From Alphaproteobacteria bacterium (GTDB lineage: Bacteria; Pseudomonadota; Alphaproteobacteria; UBA6615): DNA of 64,000 bases. Location of the stretch: NCBI GenBank assembly GCA_021774445.1, contig JAJFJA010000074.1:23387-87386 (forward strand), written 5' to 3'. Of the stretch, positions 59,800-64,000 are shown piece by piece (position 1 is the first letter of the stretch; each line of letters begins with the position of its first letter). The translations under genes were made by a program, and so were the position numbers. A model generated the notes under the pieces. That model did no database searches and had not been told where the DNA came from. It saw only the letters and a list, made by a program, of their open reading frames with translations.

Positions 59800-61692
59800 A
59801 TGGCCCACTTTAATGCGTGCTTCCGAAGCGACCGCGGAACGGTCGCTCGCTTTCGGGATATTGTCGACGGCTTGGCTCGCAGAGGTCGCATCGCAAGGCT
59901 GAAGAGTGCGGCCGGAACCATCGCTACGGCGACAGTCTGGGAAGCGGACAAGGCAATACCAGATGTTCTGATCGAGGCCGACGGTTCCTGGCTGTTGATC
60001 GTTGGGACGCCGCTGCTATCCGCGCAAATGCGGGCAGATTGCGACCGACCGGGCTTCCTGCGTGGTTTCCTCAGTGATCCGGCCCGCTCCATTCGGACCC
60101 ATCTCGATGGCAGCTTCGCGCTCATCGCCTATGACGGCGCCAATCAGCGGGTCATCGCAGCCTCGGATTACAATCGGACGGTTCCGGTATTCTATGCCGT
60201 GAGACCGACCGGCGCCTATTTCTGCGGGTCGGAACTCGCGCTGGCGAAGATGCTGCAGGCCGAGATTGATCCCGAGGGGTTTGCGCAAACGATCCATCTC
60301 GCGACGCCGTGGGGCACCCGCACGCGATTTGCCGGCATCTCGGTGCTTTCGCCGGCATCAATCCTGACCATCGATGCAAACCTCGCCGCGAACGAGGTGC
60401 CGTATTGGCGGCCGCAGGAAGAAACCGTGTGGCAGGGTGGGCTTGACCGGATCATGGACCAATGGTCGCCGTTGGTGGCGCGCGCAGTCGAGCGTTTTCA
60501 ACAATATAGGGGCGCCCGAGATTTCCTGACAGATTTCACGGCCGGCGAGGATTCCCGCCTGGTCCTGGCACAGTGCCATGCACTGGGCGACGATTACCGT
60601 GCCCATGTCGGCGGCTTCTCCGGGGACATGGACGTCAAGGTCGCCGAACATGCCGCAAAAGAGGTCGGGTTCGCGCTTGACGTAACCCCCTATAGCCTGA
60701 TCGAGCCGGCACAGGTCAAGGCGCATGCCGAGGATATTGTGCTGGGGTCCGACGGCTACGCGAATTTCTTTACGGCGTGTATTCTCTTCGCCACAGAGTC
60801 GAAGGACGAAACATATGATCGAGCCGCCATTAAGTTGAGCGGCATGCCGGGTGGAGAGGCGTTCCGGGGGTCCTATTACTATCGGGCGAAGCTGCTCTTC
60901 CCGTCGCTAAGCGGTCATTTCGAACCGCGGTTCTTCACGCGGTTGAAATACCTCTTGGACTGCCACCGCGGACTGCTCAAATTTCCGGACGAGGCGTTTT
61001 TGGCAGGCGTCCATGGCGCCATCGACGCGGCGTTGCAGGAGGTGAAGTCCTGCCCCGACGGGACGCAAGTCGATCACTTGCTGCGAATGTTCCAGACGTG
61101 CTCCTGGGGCATGATCAACCGCAGTCCCGCCTACCTGCCGCTCGCTACGGCGGACCTGACCCGGTCGATCTACTGCTTGCCGCCGGGCGTCAAGAAGCGC
61201 GGCGCACTGACCAAGGCGCTTACAGAGCGCCTTTGCCCCGCGGTTGCGTGGATCAAGACGCAGAACGGGGTGCCGACCGTGCGACGGACCGTACTCCGGT
61301 CGCCGTTGTTCCTGCCCGAGTACCTCGCCAGCCTGTCCGCCGTCGTGCGGGGATTTAACCGTCGGGTGTTGAAATTGAACCAGAGCGGCCGCTCGCTGGC
61401 GCGGCATCTGCGCCTCGACTACAATAGGAGCGTCTTCCAGACGCTGTTCAATGACGAGCCCTATCGGGCGATGTGGCAGTCCGCCGAGGCCATGAAGACC
61501 GGACACCTCTATGATCCGGTCGCCCTGAACGACATCCTCGACAGCGCGCGTGAGGGCCAATGCCGGTCGCTGAACCTGCTGTCGCGGATTATCAGCCAGG
61601 AACTGGCTTATCGGTGGGTCTGTAGCGGCGATACCAATCCGGGGTTGAAAGACGAGTTGCGGTCGAGAACCTTGTCGGACGTCTACCGCTAA
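59800..61692 (+). CDS. Asparagine synthetase-like protein (GATase-like N-domain plus ATP pyrophosphatase domain)
   Basis: LDGSFA..YD, D...PVFY, SEL.L, TRF.GI..L.PA, YW, PP-loop variant TAGEDSR, D..VA and GGEAFRG; no N-terminal catalytic Cys. Confidence 0.72.
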   Translation: MAHFNACFRSDRGTVARFRDIVDGLARRGRIARLKSAAGTIATATVWEADKAIPDVLIEADGSWLLIVGTPLLSAQMRADCDRPGFLRGFLSDPARSIRTHLDGSFALIAYDGANQRVIAASDYNRTVPVFYAVRPTGAYFCGSELALAKMLQAEIDPEGFAQTIHLATPWGTRTRFAGISVLSPASILTIDANLAANEVPYWRPQEETVWQGGLDRIMDQWSPLVARAVERFQQYRGARDFLTDFTAGEDSRLVLAQCHALGDDYRAHVGGFSGDMDVKVAEHAAKEVGFALDVTPYSLIEPAQVKAHAEDIVLGSDGYANFFTACILFATESKDETYDRAAIKLSGMPGGEAFRGSYYYRAKLLFPSLSGHFEPRFFTRLKYLLDCHRGLLKFPDEAFLAGVHGAIDAALQEVKSCPDGTQVDHLLRMFQTCSWGMINRSPAYLPLATADLTRSIYCLPPGVKKRGALTKALTERLCPAVAWIKTQNGVPTVRRTVLRSPLFLPEYLASLSAVVRGFNRRVLKLNQSGRSLARHLRLDYNRSVFQTLFNDEPYRAMWQSAEAMKTGHLYDPVALNDILDSAREGQCRSLNLLSRIISQELAYRWVCSGDTNPGLKDELRSRTLSDVYR

Positions 61693-61735
61693 ATATCCCG
61701 TACCGTCCTTGCCGGCCGCCATTGGCGCCGGCCGA

Positions 61736-62668
61736 TCACGCCGGCGGCGCCGTTTTGATCGCGGTGGTTGCGGCCGCTGACGTGGCGCGGATCCGCCTTT
61801 CGCGCCAGGCGATATAGATCGTGCTGGTGAAGATCACGGTGGCGCCAATCCAGACCCAGACGTCCGGGGCCTCGGCGAAGAAAACAAATCCGATGGCCGC
61901 GGTCCATATGAGCTTGGTGAACTCCAAGGGCATGAGGGCGCTGGTGTCGGCCCGGCGGAAAGCTTCCCCCATGCACAGGTGGCCTATGGTTCCGAGGATG
62001 CCGAGGAACGGCAATATCAACCATTGCTCCAGGGTCGGCCACTGCCAGACGAACAACGCCGGCAGCAGGGACACAGGCGTCAGCAGAACCATCGCTATGG
62101 CGGTTATGTCCACCGCCGACTCAGTGCGCGACAGGAGCTTGATGATAATGATGCTGAGCGCCCAGGCGACCGCCGACCCCAAAGCCATCAATGAGCCGGC
62201 GTCGAGTGCCTGAAACCCCGGGCGCAGGATGAGCAGCGTACCGACGAAACCAAACCCCAATGCCATCCAGCGCCGGCCGCGCACGCGTTCGTGCAGGATG
62301 ACGATGGCGAACAACGTCGCGAACAGAGGTGCGGCAAATCCCAGTGACACGACTTGCGCCAATGGCGCCAGCGTCACGGCTGAAAAGAACAGCAACATGG
62401 CGGTGATATTCGTCATCAGCCGCAAGCCGTGCAGCCCGTAGTTCCGGGTGCGAAATGGCCTGAGACCGATGGACCACAGCCAGGGTGTCAGAGCGATCAA
62501 GCCGAACAGATTGCGGAAAAACACGACCTCGAATGGATGCAGTTCGGTGGTGAGCACACGAATGAGCCCGGCCATCGCCGAGGCGCCTAAGGTGGCAGCA
62601 ATCATGAGCAGCGGCGGCGTCATGCGGGCGCTAGGCGATCCGATGCGCTGCTTCGACAGTCGTTCCAA
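61736..62668 (-). CDS. DMT/EamA family transporter
   Basis: SD aggaagg. FEVVFFR, F.APLF, L.ERV..RW.A..GF.G..ILRPG; about ten TM segments. Confidence 0.92.
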   Translation of the reverse strand: MERLSKQRIGSPSARMTPPLLMIAATLGASAMAGLIRVLTTELHPFEVVFFRNLFGLIALTPWLWSIGLRPFRTRNYGLHGLRLMTNITAMLLFFSAVTLAPLAQVVSLGFAAPLFATLFAIVILHERVRGRRWMALGFGFVGTLLILRPGFQALDAGSLMALGSAVAWALSIIIIKLLSRTESAVDITAIAMVLLTPVSLLPALFVWQWPTLEQWLILPFLGILGTIGHLCMGEAFRRADTSALMPLEFTKLIWTAAIGFVFFAEAPDVWVWIGATVIFTSTIYIAWRERRIRATSAAATTAIKTAPPA

Positions 62669-62920
62669 ACGCCGTCCTTCCTATGACGCCGGCTCTGGGC
62701 CGGACTTGTGCTTGCGGGTACGGCCGTGTCCGCCATCTCGCGAGCGCTGTATGTTGCCGGTGGCGCTGACTTTAGCAGACTTTACCTGTCGCCATGCGCA
62801 GCTTTGGCGGAACGCGGGCGTGGCGGCGCCGGCGGGTGAAAATTGTCGTGCAAGCGCGCCGAGAATGGATAACCCTATGGTTGCCGATGCCGCCCCTGGG
62901 AACAGTTAAAGGGTGCCGAT

Positions 62921-63736
62921 ATGCCTGATATTTTCCAGTTCATCGACGACATCAATAGCGACAAGCAGTCCATGGTGGCCGAACGCTTGGAAAGCCGCGC
63001 GCAGATGGCGCAGTTCGCGGCAATCCGGGAGCGTTATTTCGACAAGATCGGATTGCCGGCCAAGGGGAGCATCCACGAACTTGGCTGCGGGACCGGGGCG
63101 GTTTGCCGAGCGATCGCATTGCGACCAGGTTTTGCCGGCACCGTGGTCGGATCAGACCTGTCGGCGAGTCTGATCGAAACGGCAAACGAAATCACGGCGA
63201 AAACCGATCTTCGCAATATCCGCTTCTATCAGGCCGACGGTCAGGGCAGCGATCTGCACGATGCGCAGTACGATCTGGTGATCGCGCACACCGTGATCAG
63301 CCATGTCGCCAGCCCCGCCGCCTTCCTTGGTGAAGCCATCCGGCTCGCCAAACCAGGCGGCAGGATCGTCATACACGACGGCGATTATGCGTCTTTGACG
63401 TTTGACACCGGCAGGCCGGAACTCGACCGGAAAATGCCCGAGCTGATTTTGCAAGCGGTGGTTGCCAATCGCTTCGTCATGCGTGAGTTGCCGCGTCTTT
63501 TCCAACAGTCCGATATCAGCATTACGCACGCAATTGGCGATGTCGTTCTCGAAACCGGCAACGGCGAGTATTTTCCCGGTCTCGCGAAAAGTTACTGTCC
63601 GATCGCCGCCGACAATGGCTTCGTCGAGGCGACGGAGGTCGAGGACTGGTTGAACGCGATCGATCACGCAATGTCGGAAAACGTGTTTTTCGGCGCCTGC
63701 AATTTCGTGACCTATTGCGCTTCCAAACCGGGCTAG
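62921..63736 (+). CDS. Class I SAM-dependent methyltransferase
   Basis: ELGCGTG, GSDLS, YDLV.AHTVISHV..P and R..KPGG. Confidence 0.88.
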   Translation: MPDIFQFIDDINSDKQSMVAERLESRAQMAQFAAIRERYFDKIGLPAKGSIHELGCGTGAVCRAIALRPGFAGTVVGSDLSASLIETANEITAKTDLRNIRFYQADGQGSDLHDAQYDLVIAHTVISHVASPAAFLGEAIRLAKPGGRIVIHDGDYASLTFDTGRPELDRKMPELILQAVVANRFVMRELPRLFQQSDISITHAIGDVVLETGNGEYFPGLAKSYCPIAADNGFVEATEVEDWLNAIDHAMSENVFFGACNFVTYCASKPG

Positions 63737-63888
63737 GCGGCACCCGCTCGTCGTCCCGGATCTTTGCCTCCCACGGAAGAGTGTCTTCCGCCGCGCTATA
63801 CTAATGATACCACATGCCCCATGATGAGCGGCAGTGAGGCGAAAATGTTTCGACTCAGACAATCGTTCCATGAGAGGGGGATCGTTGC

Positions 63889-64000
63889 ATGGAAGATCTT
63901 AAGGCCCATTGGGGCAAATATGTAAAAGGCGGCATCGGTGGCGCCATCTTGATTCTTATCGTCGGCTTTGCGTTTGGGCCGCTGACGACCAACGGCAATG
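63889..64000 (+). CDS. Hypothetical membrane-anchored protein (3'-partial)
   Basis: SD gagggg. MEDLKAHWGKYVKGGIGGAILILIVGFAFGPLTTNGN runs off the window end. Confidence 0.6.
   Translation, partial: MEDLKAHWGKYVKGGIGGAILILIVGFAFGPLTTNGN

Noticed and set aside
59800-61692. Lasso peptide biosynthetic cluster
   Set aside because: No precursor, B1/B2 protein or exporter is adjacent.
59590-64000. Integrative element at tRNA-Leu
   Set aside because: No integrase and no duplicated tRNA 3' end were seen inside the window; this cannot be excluded beyond it.

Overview
This is a GC-rich chromosomal segment of an alphaproteobacterium, Rhodospirillales-like by gene content and synteny. 1-17 kb is a transport/catabolism block: a partial TRAP dctM, a glycerol ABC importer (glpV-glpSTPQU), a PotABCD-like ABC importer with an amidohydrolase, a ParDE toxin-antitoxin pair, a DHDPS-family aldolase, a gene remnant behind a 52-bp palindrome, pirin and glpK. 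17-28 kb holds a degenerate PAS histidine kinase, a probable oxalyl-CoA synthetase/reductase pair, a PAS-GGDEF-EAL protein and a PHA locus (phaR, a small ORF overlapping a class III-like phaC, phaA, phaB). 28-59 kb is mostly conserved core: metXW, chorismate mutase-hisC-tyrC, chaC, plsC-ydcF-ftsXE, TIGR02302-lysA-lptM-argH-tlpA-hbd-etfAB-pduO, gluQ, coq7 and dsbB. It is interrupted by nrdJ and by a three-gene insert (GIY-YIG-like, rsgA with a leader peptide, methyltransferase). tRNA-Leu(CAA) is followed by accessory genes. No CRISPR array, integrase or transposase was seen. The most interesting signals are: (i) an unannotated 18-aa leader peptide with alternative RNA hairpins upstream of an accessory rsgA, a candidate ribosome-sensing attenuator; (ii) a ~200-nt dual-coding overlap between a PhaE-like mini-protein and a PhaC-like synthase; (iii) PhaR-type boxes linking etfBA-hbd to the PHA regulon. 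All calls come from reading motifs by eye; no database searches were run.
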